DNA from: Capsulimonadaceae bacterium
GTDB lineage: Bacteria; Armatimonadota; Armatimonadia; Armatimonadales; Capsulimonadaceae
Direction of reading: 5' to 3'
Length of the DNA: 64,000 nucleotides
NCBI GenBank assembly: GCA_965215505.1
Contig: OZ244065.1
Location: 2,048,001-2,112,000, forward strand
The notes under the pieces were generated by a model, which saw nothing but the letters and a program-made list of their open reading frames with translations, made no database searches and was not told the origin of the DNA. Shown in pieces: positions 10,633 to 20,488 of the stretch (its first letter is position 1; each line of letters begins with the position of its first letter). Both the position numbers and the translations under genes were made by a program.

Positions 10633-11214
10633 ATGATAATGAACTGCAAGACGGTTAAATGTGTGATGTCGGAGTTCGTGGACGAGCGGCTGGCCGCCGC
10701 CGACGCCTGGCAGGTGCAGACCCACCTCTCGGAGTGTGCCGAGTGCGCCCGGCTCCGCCGCGACTTCGGCGCGCTGCGCCAGTCCCTCCAAGCCCTGCCG
10801 GTGCGGCAGCCCTCGGCGAACTTCGACGCCGCCCTCGCCCAGCGCCTGGCCCTGACGCGGCGGCCCGCGCCGCGCCCGACGTGGCGCGACCGCGTTCGAC
10901 TGCTTCTCCCCCGGCCCGCCCCGCTCCTGCGCCCGGCCCTCGCGTTCGGCGTCGCCATGGCCGCCGTCGGCGGAGTCCTGTTCCTGCCCACGCACTCGCC
11001 CCTCCCCGACCCGAGTGTCACCGTCGCCGCCCACACCGCCGACCACGCCTTCGTCGCCGCCTGCGTCGCCCAGCGCCGCCGGGACGCCGCCGGGGAGCCG
11101 CTGGCGGACCTCGCCGCCCAGAACCTGGCCGGGAACCTTGACAGCCCGGCGCTTGACGGTCCGGCACCGGGGGAACCGTCCCCCGCGCCCGCCCCAGACT
11201 CGGAAGTGTTTTAG
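10633..11214 (+). CDS. Zinc-binding transmembrane anti-sigma factor (zf-HC2)
   Basis: HLSECAEC (HxxxCxxC) motif and one TM helix; follows the ECF sigma gene. Confidence 0.9.
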   Translation: MIMNCKTVKCVMSEFVDERLAAADAWQVQTHLSECAECARLRRDFGALRQSLQALPVRQPSANFDAALAQRLALTRRPAPRPTWRDRVRLLLPRPAPLLRPALAFGVAMAAVGGVLFLPTHSPLPDPSVTVAAHTADHAFVAACVAQRRRDAAGEPLADLAAQNLAGNLDSPALDGPAPGEPSPAPAPDSEVF

Positions 11215-11217
11215 ACC

Positions 11218-12309
11218 ATGCGCTTTCCCGCCGCCCCCATCGGGGCGCTCCTCCTGCTGTCCTCCCTGCCCCTCCAGGCTCGGCAGCCGCTCCGGCCCCG
11301 CGCCCCCCAACGGCCCCGCCTGATCGGGCCTGCCCCGCGTTTGGGCGTACCAGCCCCACGCCTGCCGGTTCGGCCCAGGGCGAGTGCCCCGAGCCAGTCC
11401 GACCAGCCCGCGCAGGACTTGCTGAGGAAGATGCTCCAGGCGGAGAACTCGCTCGCCCTAGCCGGCGATCAGGTCACGACGGTTTCGCAGAACGGCCTGG
11501 ACCTTTCCTCCGAGCAGCAGGTCCAGAGGGACGGTGCCCGCTCGTTGCGGATTGACTATCTGCGCCCGGCGCGTCTCGCCGGGGTGCAGATCATTGACAA
11601 TGGGCGATTTTACTGCCACCTCCTGCCCGCCAAGGACACGCTGGAGCTGAGTCCCTCCAGCATCCAGAGCCTGCGCGTGCGCGTTCCCGAGGTCATGGCC
11701 CAGATCCGCGCGGGCCGTCTCGTCGTGCAGAGCGCGGGGCAGGATGTCGTCGCCGGCCACGCCTGCGGCATCATCCAGGTCGCGGCCCGCAGCAGCGCGC
11801 CCGCCCCCTGGCGTCGCTTCTGGATCGATCCGACGAATGGTGCCCAGCTCCGCATCGAGCAGTATGAAGCCGGCGGGCGGCTCCAGTCTGCCTCTTACTA
11901 CACGCAGATTACTTACGGAGTACGCTTCGATTCGTCCGTCTTCCGTGTGCCGACGGCCGGCAGCAAGGTCGTCACCCGAGATTTCGCTCCCCCTGCGCTG
12001 ACGCTGGACCAGGTCCGGGCGCAGGCCGGCTCGCCCGTGCCCGTGCCGACCTATCTGCCAGAAGGGTTCACCTATCAGGCGGGGTCGGTTTCCCAGAGTC
12101 CACGGGGCCGCGTCGTCGAGCTGCGCTACTTCAACGGAGCCAACACGCTGTCCATCTTTGAGACGCCGGACGGCCCCGGCACCGGTCCCGCCGGAACGCA
12201 GCATCCCCGCCGCGGCGTCCTGTTCGGACGCCAAGCGGGGATGAAGGTGGTCATCATCGGGAACGAGGGGAACGTGGAACTGGAGAAGGTACTGACCTCG
12301 CTGCGGTAG
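11218..12309 (+). CDS. MucB/RseB-like periplasmic regulator (LolA-like fold)
   Basis: Signal peptide, RIDYLRP, RRFWIDP...LRIEQY, PTYLPEGF; third gene of the sigma/anti-sigma operon. Confidence 0.75.
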   Translation: MRFPAAPIGALLLLSSLPLQARQPLRPRAPQRPRLIGPAPRLGVPAPRLPVRPRASAPSQSDQPAQDLLRKMLQAENSLALAGDQVTTVSQNGLDLSSEQQVQRDGARSLRIDYLRPARLAGVQIIDNGRFYCHLLPAKDTLELSPSSIQSLRVRVPEVMAQIRAGRLVVQSAGQDVVAGHACGIIQVAARSSAPAPWRRFWIDPTNGAQLRIEQYEAGGRLQSASYYTQITYGVRFDSSVFRVPTAGSKVVTRDFAPPALTLDQVRAQAGSPVPVPTYLPEGFTYQAGSVSQSPRGRVVELRYFNGANTLSIFETPDGPGTGPAGTQHPRRGVLFGRQAGMKVVIIGNEGNVELEKVLTSLR

Positions 12310-12315
12310 GGCCGC

Positions 12316-12849
12316 CTAGCCGGTCACGGCCGCCACCGGGACGCCCGCCGGAAACAGCGTGTCCCGGCGCTCTTCCGCGTACTCGAAAACGGCCGCCATC
12401 AGCGCGTCCCAGGTGAAATACACGTCGGCCACGTCCTCCCAGGCGGCCAGCACCAGCCCGCGCGACTCGGAGCCGGGGGGGATCGGCTCGAATCCCCACG
12501 CCTCGGCGACAAACACGGGGCAGTACCGCACTTCCCCCACCCCGCCGCGCGTCGTCAGCCGGTAGCAGCCGATCAGCCGCCGCCGGTGGGGGTTCAGACG
12601 CGCCCCTGTTTCTTCCCACGCCTCCCGTTCCGCCGCCGCATCCAGGGTTTCGCCCGACTCGATCTTTCCCGAAGGGATGCACAGCCCGCGCCCCTCGATG
12701 TCCGCCAGAGCGACTTTATCCCCGTAGTACACGAAGGTCAGCACGGCCCAAAGCCGCCCCTCACTCTCCGGCGGTAGCTGCTCGCCGGGGAAGAAGGTGG
12801 CGTCCGACTTCAAAGAAGTCCAGAAGACGGTGGGAAATGGTTCTGGCAT
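12316..12849 (-). CDS. NUDIX hydrolase
   Basis: Nudix box GKIESGETLDAAAEREAWEETG. Start placed at MPEPF; the upstream extension runs through a repeat-like intergenic region. Confidence 0.88.
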   Translation of the reverse strand: MPEPFPTVFWTSLKSDATFFPGEQLPPESEGRLWAVLTFVYYGDKVALADIEGRGLCIPSGKIESGETLDAAAEREAWEETGARLNPHRRRLIGCYRLTTRGGVGEVRYCPVFVAEAWGFEPIPPGSESRGLVLAAWEDVADVYFTWDALMAAVFEYAEERRDTLFPAGVPVAAVTG

Positions 12850-12899
12850 GGTTGGACATTTTGCATGAGTGCAGCAGGAGCAGGCAACATGGCAGGGCA

Positions 12900-13010
12900 G
12901 GAGGGCGCGGCAAGCGGCACCCCTACGGTTCCTGAATGATGCCCTCCGAAGCCCCGGAGGGGCGGCCCACCGGCGGAGCCGGGAACAGACCGGCCATTTA
13001 TGGCCGGGGC
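12900..13010. repeat. Cluster of short GC-rich palindromes (REP-like)
   Basis: gggcgcggcaagcggcacccctac, gccccggaggggc and ccggccatttatggccgg within ~110 bp of intergenic DNA. Confidence 0.45.
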
Positions 13011-13345
13011 TAACTTCCCTCGGCCTCACTCTCCTCAGCCTCACGCGCCGTGTCATACGCTTCCTTGAGCTTGGCGGCCACCCCGATGAGGGGCATCTCC
13101 GGATTGCCACCCACTCCCATACGTTCCACCTCTATTTGTCGGAGATAATCTACCAACTCCTGCTCTGAGGCATCTGAAGAGAGCAGATCGTAAACACCCA
13201 CTGCATAGGAATCGTACTCGTCCATCGCCTGTGGATGACCGAAGACGCCTATCGGGTCCCAATCCACCAACAGGATTAGGCGGATAAAGCCCATCGGGTC
13301 GCCGAAGCGTCCCCAGTCGGGGATTGTTCTATATCTTGTTCGCAT
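13010..13345 (-). CDS. Small hypothetical protein (DUF1871-like)
   Basis: WDPIGV...DEYDSY motif; lower GC than its neighbours. Confidence 0.65.
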   Translation of the reverse strand: MRTRYRTIPDWGRFGDPMGFIRLILLVDWDPIGVFGHPQAMDEYDSYAVGVYDLLSSDASEQELVDYLRQIEVERMGVGGNPEMPLIGVAAKLKEAYDTAREAEESEAEGS

Positions 13346-13379
13346 AGCCTGTGCTGGCTGTGGCGCTACGATTCACTGC

Positions 13380-13934
13380 TCACCCCGGCGTCATCTGCCA
13401 GAAGTCTGCACCCAGGATGTCCCACGGCAGACGCCGCTCGTCGGGGTCGTTCGGGTCGAACTGCTGGCTGACATAGTAGAGGATCGTCGCCGGCTGCCCC
13501 CAGATGTTCGCGCCGCCGTGCCCCACCCCGCGCGGGATGTAGAGGAGCTGCGCCTTGCCGCCGCCCATCACGAGCCGCATGGCCGTGTTGTAGGTCGGCG
13601 AGGCTTTGCGGGCGTCCACCAGCCCGACCAGGAGGCGGTCGGTCGGTGGAACGAACCAGACGTCTTCCTGATTGTAATGCAGGTGGAACGCCTTGATCGC
13701 CCCCGGCAGGACCAGGGAGTACGACGACTGCCGCACCTTGAAGTTGGGGATGGCTTCCAGGTTGCCTGACTCGTCGAAGCGGACCAGCTCGGCGAATGAG
13801 CCGCCATCGTCGGTCAGCAGGCGCAGGTCAAGCAACCGGACGCCCTCGATGCGCGCCCCGCCGCCGTACCCCTGCGTCGTCAGCTTGCCCTGGAAGTCAG
13901 GCCCGAAGTCGTCGGGCGTGAGCCTGGTCGGCAT
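13380..13934 (-). CDS. rfbC: dTDP-4-dehydrorhamnose 3,5-epimerase family protein
   Basis: DDGGSFAE, GAIKAFHLH, LYIPRGVGHG cupin motifs; close to rfbA. Confidence 0.8.
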   Translation of the reverse strand: MPTRLTPDDFGPDFQGKLTTQGYGGGARIEGVRLLDLRLLTDDGGSFAELVRFDESGNLEAIPNFKVRQSSYSLVLPGAIKAFHLHYNQEDVWFVPPTDRLLVGLVDARKASPTYNTAMRLVMGGGKAQLLYIPRGVGHGGANIWGQPATILYYVSQQFDPNDPDERRLPWDILGADFWQMTPG

Positions 13935-13943
13935 CGGACTCGC

Positions 13944-14291
13944 TTACCCCACGCCCAGAAGCTCGACATCGAACAGCAGCGTCGCGTTCGGCGGGATGAC
14001 GCCGCCCGCGCCGCGCGCCCCGTAGCCGAGTTCCGCCGGCACGGTCAGGGTGCGACGCCCGCCCACCTTCATCGTCAGGACGCCCTCGTCCCAGCCCTTG
14101 ATGACCTGCCCCTTGCCGATGGTGAAGACGAACGGGTCGTTACGGTCGCGCGACGAGTCGAACTTGCGCCCGTCCGGGAAGGTCCCCGTGTAATGGACCT
14201 TCACCTTCTGTCCCGGCGTGGGGCTAGGCCCGTCGCCGACAACTTCATCCACATAGAGCAGCCCAGAGGCCGTCTTGATCTGTTCCGCCAT
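13944..14291 (-). CDS. FKBP-type peptidyl-prolyl cis-trans isomerase
   Basis: [37 protein letters not shown]. Confidence 0.96.
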   Translation of the reverse strand: MAEQIKTASGLLYVDEVVGDGPSPTPGQKVKVHYTGTFPDGRKFDSSRDRNDPFVFTIGKGQVIKGWDEGVLTMKVGGRRTLTVPAELGYGARGAGGVIPPNATLLFDVELLGVG

Positions 14292-14315
14292 TTTCCAGTT
14301 CTCCTTGCGTGTCTT

Positions 14316-15191
14316 TTAGTATGCGAATTCAGGCCGCAGCAGGTTGACCAAATACTCGCCGTAGCCGCTCTTCATCAGCGGCGCGGCCAAGGCCCGCAGG
14401 CCGTCGGCGTCAATGAAGCCCATCCGATAGGCGACCTCTTCGATGCAGCCGATCTTTAATCCCTGACGCTCTTCAATAGCCTGGACGAATGTTCCCGCCT
14501 GCATCAGTGACGCGAACGTCCCCGAGTCCAGCCAGGCGGTGCCCCGGTCCAGGATGCAGACCTTCAGGCGGCCGTTCTGGAGGTACGTCTTGTTCACGTC
14601 CGTGATCTCGTACTCGCCCCGCGCGCTCGGCTCCAGGGTCCGGGCGATCTCAACGACGGCGTTGTCGTAGAAGTACAGGCCGGGGACGGCGTAGGATGAC
14701 TTGGGCCGCGCGGGCTTCTCCTCAATGGAGATCACCTGATGGTCGCGGTCGAACTCCACGATGCCGTACCGGTGCGGGTCCTGCACATGGTAGGCGAAGA
14801 CGACGCCGCCGTCCGGGTCCGTGTTCTGCTGAAGCATCTCCGCCATGCCGGACCCGTAGAAAATGTTATCCCCCAGGACGAGCGCGACTTTGTCCGACCC
14901 GATAAACTCGGCACCGATGACGAACGCCTGTGCCAGCCCATTTGGGAGGGGCTGGGCTGCGTATTCAAACGAACAGCCGAGGCCCGCGCCATCCCCCAGC
15001 AGCGTCCGAAAATTGGGGAGATCATGCGGGGTCGAGATGATCAGGATCTCGCGGATGCCCGCCAGCATCAGGATACTGAGCGGATAGTAGATCATCGGCT
15101 TGTCATAGACCGGCATGAGCTGCTTGCTGACGGCCAAGGTCAGCGGGTGCAGACGGGTCCCGGAGCCGCCCGCCAGGATGATGCCCTTCAT
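14316..15191 (-). CDS. rfbA: Glucose-1-phosphate thymidylyltransferase
   Basis: [53 protein letters not shown]. Confidence 0.97.
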   Translation of the reverse strand: MKGIILAGGSGTRLHPLTLAVSKQLMPVYDKPMIYYPLSILMLAGIREILIISTPHDLPNFRTLLGDGAGLGCSFEYAAQPLPNGLAQAFVIGAEFIGSDKVALVLGDNIFYGSGMAEMLQQNTDPDGGVVFAYHVQDPHRYGIVEFDRDHQVISIEEKPARPKSSYAVPGLYFYDNAVVEIARTLEPSARGEYEITDVNKTYLQNGRLKVCILDRGTAWLDSGTFASLMQAGTFVQAIEERQGLKIGCIEEVAYRMGFIDADGLRALAAPLMKSGYGEYLVNLLRPEFAY

Positions 15192-15197
15192 GCGCCG

Positions 15198-15245
15198 ATT
15201 ATACCACAAAGCCCGCTTGACACCGCCCGGAACGTATGCTATAGT
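15198..15245. promoter_or_regulatory. Back-to-back divergent promoters, both probably leaderless
   Basis: Minus strand: TGTGGTATAAT 6 nt before the rfbA ATG. Plus strand: TTGACA(15217)-N17-TATAGT 5 nt before ATG 15251. Confidence 0.65.
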
Positions 15246-15250
15246 TCGGC

Positions 15251-16270
15251 ATGCCCCAGACCGTCCCGCCGCCCGATTCCGACGCCCCGCGCCCCCTGCC
15301 GCGCCGCCCGGCCCCGCGCCCGTCGGCGGTGCGCGCGAACCGCCCCCGCTTCGCCCCCCTCGATGCCGCCTGGCTTACCGCCCTGGCGGCGTTAGCCCTG
15401 GCAGTTTCCGCCCGCCTGCACGGCCTCGCGGGTCATGAGGCCGTCGGGTCATGTGCAGCGGCGGGGACGGTCGCCGCCCTGTACCTGCTCGGCTGGCGCG
15501 CGCGCGACCGGGCGGCGGGAGTCTGTGCGGGCCTGCTGGCCGCGACCAGCGTCCCGTTTCTCGTCCAGGCCGGCCACTCACCGTTGAGCGCGGCGTTCAC
15601 GCTGCTGACCGTCGCCGCCCTCTTCGCCTTCGTCGCCGGGTCGTCCCTCGCCGCGCTGGCCCTCGCCGCCGCCGCGACACTGGTCCGCCCGGACGGCCTC
15701 CTGCTGGGCCTGCTCCTGATGGCGCTTGCCCTGGCACAACAGCGGAAGAGGGCGGTTTACGGCGTGGCCGTTTTCCTTGTGCCGCTACTCGCCGCCTGGT
15801 CCGGCCGGATCGCCTCGGGCCACGGCCCGCCGTCCCTGCCGACCTTCGGCACCCATGCCGGGCCGCTGCTCTGGGGCTGGACATCGGCCTCGGCCCTGCT
15901 GCTCTGGCTGCTCCTGCCGTTCTGCGCCGAGATGAGCGAACCGCTGCGCCGGGCGCGCTGGCTGCCCGTCGTCCTGTGGGCGGGCCTCTCGGTCGCGGCG
16001 GCCTCCCTGCTGTCGGATTCCACGCCGTCGGGTATGCTCCTGCCGCTCATGCCGCCGCTGTTCGCCCTGGCCGGAGGCGGACTGTCCCGCCTGCTGCCTA
16101 CATTGGCGGGGGAGTTCCCCAATCCATTGGCCCGCTACACTCTGGCGACACTGGCCGTCGTCGGCCTGGTGGGGCTGCACATCCGCTTGGAAGCCCACCC
16201 AATTCCGCCCTTCGTCAGTATCTCAGCGCTGATTAATACGTCAGCAGCGAGTGAACATCATAGCCGCTAA
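15251..16270 (+). CDS. Polytopic membrane protein, GT-C glycosyltransferase-like
   Basis: Many TM segments and a TLVRPDG motif; good promoter. The 3' end overlaps the apt 3' end. Confidence 0.6.
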   Translation: MPQTVPPPDSDAPRPLPRRPAPRPSAVRANRPRFAPLDAAWLTALAALALAVSARLHGLAGHEAVGSCAAAGTVAALYLLGWRARDRAAGVCAGLLAATSVPFLVQAGHSPLSAAFTLLTVAALFAFVAGSSLAALALAAAATLVRPDGLLLGLLLMALALAQQRKRAVYGVAVFLVPLLAAWSGRIASGHGPPSLPTFGTHAGPLLWGWTSASALLLWLLLPFCAEMSEPLRRARWLPVVLWAGLSVAAASLLSDSTPSGMLLPLMPPLFALAGGGLSRLLPTLAGEFPNPLARYTLATLAVVGLVGLHIRLEAHPIPPFVSISALINTSAASEHHSR

Positions 16271-16754
16271 GGGCCTCGCGCCCGGACAAGAAAGCTAGCT
16301 CAACCAGGAAGCTGAACCCGACCACTCTCCCGCCCAGTTTTTCCACCAGTTTCGCCGCCGCCGCCGCCGTGCCGCCGGTCGCCAGCAGGTCATCCACAAT
16401 CAGGACGCGCTGCCCCGGCAGGATGGCGTCCCGGTGTACCTCCACGGTCGCCGTCCCATATTCCAGAGCGTACTCCTCCTGGATCGTCTGCGCGGGCAGC
16501 TTTCCGATCTTACGCACGGGGACGAAGCCGATACCCAGGGCGAGTGCAACGGGTGCGCCGAAGAGGAAGCCGCGCGACTCGATCCCGACGACAAGGTCAG
16601 GACTCCAGCCCTGGGCCTGGGAAACGAAGCAGTCCACGACCTCCTGGAAGGCGGCGGCGTCACCCAGAACGGGCGTGATGTCTTTGAACAAAATCCCGGA
16701 CTTTGGAAAGTCCGGGATGTCTCGTATTAGCTTGGAAGCGAGTAATTGTGTCAT
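16233..16754 (-). CDS. apt: Adenine phosphoribosyltransferase
   Basis: [40 protein letters not shown]. Confidence 0.97.
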   Translation of the reverse strand: MTQLLASKLIRDIPDFPKSGILFKDITPVLGDAAAFQEVVDCFVSQAQGWSPDLVVGIESRGFLFGAPVALALGIGFVPVRKIGKLPAQTIQEEYALEYGTATVEVHRDAILPGQRVLIVDDLLATGGTAAAAAKLVEKLGGRVVGFSFLVELAFLSGREALSGYDVHSLLTY

Positions 16755-16763
16755 GGCTTGGGG

Positions 16764-17801
16764 TCAGTATCCACCCACCACTCCACCGCTCCCGATGATC
16801 GGAAAGTCCGGCAGGATCGTGGTGCTGTTGCTCGGCGTCGTCGTCACGGTCGAACCAGGCGGCAGGAAGCCGGGCGCGTTTCCACCGGGGACGACCGGGG
16901 CGGTCCCGCCGCCGGGCGTGACGACGGTTCCTGGGATGGCGCTGCCGCCGTTAGGAGCCGGGTAGCCGAAGCCACCATAAGGGTTGCCGTAGTCGAAACC
17001 ATAGGGCGAGAAGCCAGGAAAGCCGTAGGGCGAGAAGTTGAAGTCGTTGTTGACGTCCGGCACCGAGGTCACCGAAGTGCCGAAAGTCGGCGTCGGCAGA
17101 TCCCCGCTCACCTGCACCTCGGAGAGCGGCGCGGTGGTGGAGATTATGTTGCGGTAGGTCACCAGGGGCGACGCCGTGACCGGATTGCCGTTGATATCCG
17201 TGTCCACCACATCCCCCTGCAAGCGGACCGGCTCCTCCCCATGCTTGTAGAAGCCGTAGTAGGCCCGCCAGACGGTGTGCGTCTGTTTAGCGACTACAGC
17301 GGCAGCGGCCGCCGCCGTCATCCGCCGACTGGGGAAGACGACATTTCCCTCGACTGCTCGGCCGATCTGGGCCAAAGCACCGTCCACGCCGGCGATGGCC
17401 TTGATCGCATCCCGCGCGGGGACCCGGTTCGTCGGGAAGACGAGGGAGCCGCCGCTGTCCACCTTGACCTCCGGGACGGTCGTACCGGGGTCTATCTTGC
17501 TGACGATGAAGACCTTCTGGAAGTCCATACCGAGCGCGTTCCCCAGATCGTTCATCGCCTGGACGCGGCCATCCGGCGTGTCGGCGTTGTCCACGTCAAA
17601 GGTTACAGGCTGGGCGCTGTTGACCGTGCCCCGGAAGACGATGCTGACGCCGTAGCGCTTGCTCATCTGCGCCACGGCGTTGCTCGCCGGTGTACTGGTG
17701 AAGGTCAGCGAATCGGCACGGGCCACGGAAAGCGGGAATAGGCTTGTTCCGGCGGCCAATAAAACCAGGAAAGCCTTTCGGGTTGTGCGTTTGGTATCCA
17801 T
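16764..17801 (-). CDS. Secreted hypothetical protein with two secretin-N0/STN-like domains and a Pro/Gly-rich tail
   Basis: Signal peptide ending ARA|D; two similar helix-strand units; low-complexity PYGF/PG tail; GAGG RBS. Confidence 0.6.
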   Translation of the reverse strand: MDTKRTTRKAFLVLLAAGTSLFPLSVARADSLTFTSTPASNAVAQMSKRYGVSIVFRGTVNSAQPVTFDVDNADTPDGRVQAMNDLGNALGMDFQKVFIVSKIDPGTTVPEVKVDSGGSLVFPTNRVPARDAIKAIAGVDGALAQIGRAVEGNVVFPSRRMTAAAAAAVVAKQTHTVWRAYYGFYKHGEEPVRLQGDVVDTDINGNPVTASPLVTYRNIISTTAPLSEVQVSGDLPTPTFGTSVTSVPDVNNDFNFSPYGFPGFSPYGFDYGNPYGGFGYPAPNGGSAIPGTVVTPGGGTAPVVPGGNAPGFLPPGSTVTTTPSNSTTILPDFPIIGSGGVVGGY

Positions 17802-17855
17802 TGCGAGTCACCTCATGGAAAAGAAATCTTCTTCCCTAGTCTCCCCGCTTCACCA

Positions 17856-17886
17856 GCAAAACAAACGCCCCGGCATTGGCACCGGG
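17856..17886 (-). terminator. Probable intrinsic terminator after tpiA
   Basis: Minus strand CCCGGT-gccaat-GCCGGG hairpin followed by gcgtttgttttg. Confidence 0.5.
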
Positions 17887-17888
17887 AT

Positions 17889-18692
17889 CTAGCCGGCTGC
17901 GGCGACGATGGCCGCGAAGTCCTTTGCTTTCAGGCTGGCCCCGCCGATCAGGCCGCCGTCAATGTTCAGTCGCGCCAGCAGGTCGGCGGCGTTGTCCGGC
18001 TTCATCGAGCCGCCGTACTGGATTCGAACGGCCTCGGCCGCCGCATCCCCGAAGTTCTCACGGACGGCAGCCCGGACCACCCCGCAGACGCGGTCCGCCT
18101 CGTCCGGGGCACACGTCTCGCCCGTGCCGATGGCCCAGACCGGCTCATAGGCGAGGACGACGCCGGCCCCCACCTGCTCGCCCCCGATGCCTGCCAAAGC
18201 TCCCACGACCTGTGCCCGGACGACGGCGTCGGTGTCCCCGGCCTGCCGCTCTGCCAGGGTTTCGCCGATGCAGACGATCGGCGTCAGCCCCGCCGCCAGC
18301 ACGGCCTTCGCCTTGATGTTGACGGCCGCGTCCGTCTCGCCCAATGTCTTCAGCAGGTCCGGCGTCATGTCCGGCTCGGCCACGCCGAACCGCCCGCGCG
18401 TCTCCGAGTGGCCCAGGATGACATAGGCCACGCCCACGTCTTGCAGCATCGGCAGCGACACCTGCGAGGTGTACGCCCCGCTCGCCTTCCAGAACGCATC
18501 CTGCGCCCCCAGGTCGATGCCTGTGCCTTGCAGCGCCCCCTGCACCGCGTGCAGGGCCGTGTACGGCGGGCAGACGACGACGTCCGCCCCAGCCTGCCCC
18601 GCGAGGAGCGGCTTCAGCTCTTCGACGAGGGCCAGGGCCTCGGCGACCGTCTTGTTCATCTTCCAGTTGCCCGCGATGATCTTCTTACGCAT
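17889..18692 (-). CDS. tpiA: Triosephosphate isomerase
   Basis: [37 protein letters not shown]. Confidence 0.97.
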   Translation of the reverse strand: MRKKIIAGNWKMNKTVAEALALVEELKPLLAGQAGADVVVCPPYTALHAVQGALQGTGIDLGAQDAFWKASGAYTSQVSLPMLQDVGVAYVILGHSETRGRFGVAEPDMTPDLLKTLGETDAAVNIKAKAVLAAGLTPIVCIGETLAERQAGDTDAVVRAQVVGALAGIGGEQVGAGVVLAYEPVWAIGTGETCAPDEADRVCGVVRAAVRENFGDAAAEAVRIQYGGSMKPDNAADLLARLNIDGGLIGGASLKAKDFAAIVAAAG

Positions 18693-18741
18693 ACATTATC
18701 CTTATCCTCGTCCGCAGGACGCTTTTTCTAGCGAGTGGTTT

Positions 18742-19065
18742 TCAACCACTCGGCTCCATCCACTCGGCCACCTGCCGCATATGGTAGGCGTCGTGGGCCA
18801 CGATCTGCACGATCCACGCCTCGATGCTGACCGGGCCGATGATCGGGGGATGGCCGGGCAGAAATCCGATGCGCTCCCACTGTTCCGGGGCAAGTGCCCG
18901 CAGGATCGGCATCATCTGGGCGCGGCCCGCATGGAAGCGGGCCAGGGAGACATCCGGCGCGGCACCGAACGACCCGCTCGCCCGTGCGACCTCATCTGGG
19001 GTGCGGAACGTCAGGTCGTCCAGGAACGTCGGCGTCCGCAACGTCTTCTCGGCCAGCACGGCCAT
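18742..19065 (-). CDS. DinB-family-like protein, apparently only the C-terminal half
   Basis: LARFHAGRAQ...LRALAPEQWERIG...HDAYHMRQV pattern; 107 aa; starts 4 nt after the purA stop. Confidence 0.55.
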   Translation of the reverse strand: MAVLAEKTLRTPTFLDDLTFRTPDEVARASGSFGAAPDVSLARFHAGRAQMMPILRALAPEQWERIGFLPGHPPIIGPVSIEAWIVQIVAHDAYHMRQVAEWMEPSG

Positions 19066-19069
19066 CGGA

Positions 19070-20362
19070 TCACGCCTCCCGGAACAGGGTCTGGTCGCGA
19101 CGCCGCCCCACCGAGACGGTCGTGATCGGCACCTCGACGTGCTTCTCGACGGCCTCGACGAACCGACGCGCCGCTTCCGGCAGCTTGCCGAACTCGCGAA
19201 TCTCACTGACATCTTCGGACCAGCCCGCGAACGTCTCGTAGATCGGCTCGCAGCGGCACAGGCGACCCTGGTCGCTCGGGAAGTCCACGATCTCGTTCCC
19301 GTCCAACTTGTAGGCGATCGCCATCTTGACCTCGTCGAAGCCCGTCAGCACGTCCAGGTGGCCGAGGTACAGGTCGGTCAGGCCGTTCACCAGGGCCGAG
19401 TAGCGCAGGGCCACCCCGTCCAGCCAGCCGCACCGGCGCGGGCGGCCCGTCGTCGTGCCGTACTCCGCCCCCCGGTCCCGGATTAGGTCGCCCGTCGCGT
19501 TGTTCAGCTCCGTCGGGAACGCGCCCGCCCCGACGCGGGTCGTGTAGGACTTGGAGACGGCGATGATCTGGTCTATCTGCGTCGGCCCCAGCCCCGTCCC
19601 GATGCACGCGCCGCCCGCCGAGGGGTGCGACGAGGTCACATACGGATACGTCCCCAGGTCAATGTCAAGCAGTGTGGCCTGCGCGCCTTCGAACAGGACC
19701 TTCTTGCCGGACCGGGCCGCATAGGCGACGCGCAGAGCCGTGTCGTCCACATAGGGCCGCAGAGCCTCGGCGTGGGGCAGGAGGTCATTCAAAATCTGTT
19801 CGGCGGACAGCGGCGCGACCCCGTACACCTTGGTCAGCAGCTCGTTCTTGAACTCCAGAGCCTCGGAAAGCCGCTCGGCGAACAGGGCCGGGTCCACGAA
19901 CTCGCGCATCCGAATCCCGACTCGCGCCGCCTTGTCCTGATAGGCCGGCCCGATGCCGCGCCCCGTCGTCCCCAGGGCGCGGCTCCCCTTGCGCTTCTCT
20001 TCCAGCTCGTCCAGCAATTTGTGGTAGGGCAGGACGACGTGGGCGTTGCCGCTGATCTTCAGGTTCTCGCAGGAGACGCCGCGCCCCTTCAGATGGGTCA
20101 GCTCGCCCACGAACGAGGCGGGGTCCAGCACGACGCCGTCGGCGACCACGCAGAGCGTGTCCGGGTGCAGGATACCGGCGGGGACCAGATGCAGCTTGTA
20201 CTCGTCCTCGCCGCCCGCGTCGTTCGGGACGACCACGGTATGCCCGGCGTTCGAGCCGCCGCCCCAGCGCACGACGACATCTTTGTCGTGCGCCAGGAAG
20301 TCAATCAGCTTTCCCTTACTCTCGTCCCCCCACATCGCCCCGACGACCACGGTGTTTGCCAT
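19070..20362 (-). CDS. purA: Adenylosuccinate synthetase
   Basis: WGDESKGK, GGSNAGHT, GTTGRGIGPAY, EGAQ, GTYPYVTSS, TTTGRPRRCGW. Confidence 0.97.
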   Translation of the reverse strand: MANTVVVGAMWGDESKGKLIDFLAHDKDVVVRWGGGSNAGHTVVVPNDAGGEDEYKLHLVPAGILHPDTLCVVADGVVLDPASFVGELTHLKGRGVSCENLKISGNAHVVLPYHKLLDELEEKRKGSRALGTTGRGIGPAYQDKAARVGIRMREFVDPALFAERLSEALEFKNELLTKVYGVAPLSAEQILNDLLPHAEALRPYVDDTALRVAYAARSGKKVLFEGAQATLLDIDLGTYPYVTSSHPSAGGACIGTGLGPTQIDQIIAVSKSYTTRVGAGAFPTELNNATGDLIRDRGAEYGTTTGRPRRCGWLDGVALRYSALVNGLTDLYLGHLDVLTGFDEVKMAIAYKLDGNEIVDFPSDQGRLCRCEPIYETFAGWSEDVSEIREFGKLPEAARRFVEAVEKHVEVPITTVSVGRRRDQTLFREA

Positions 20363-20422
20363 AACTTGCAGTGTCCTTTGTCGCAGCCTCGCCTGAGTTT
20401 TATGGCGGCAGCCGAACGCCGA

Positions 20423-20452
20423 ATTATAGCACCGCCGGGTGCTCCAAGTCAA
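20423..20452 (-). promoter_or_regulatory. sigma70-type promoter of purA
   Basis: Minus strand TTGACT-N18-TATAAT with TG extension. Confidence 0.6.
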
Positions 20453-20488
20453 TCAGGCGGGTACAATACGGCAAAAGGAGCAACCCCA

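Noticed and set aside
19625-20488. N-terminal extension of the 670-aa HAF ORF
   Set aside because: It is antisense to purA; the RBS and lipoprotein signal place the start at 20489.
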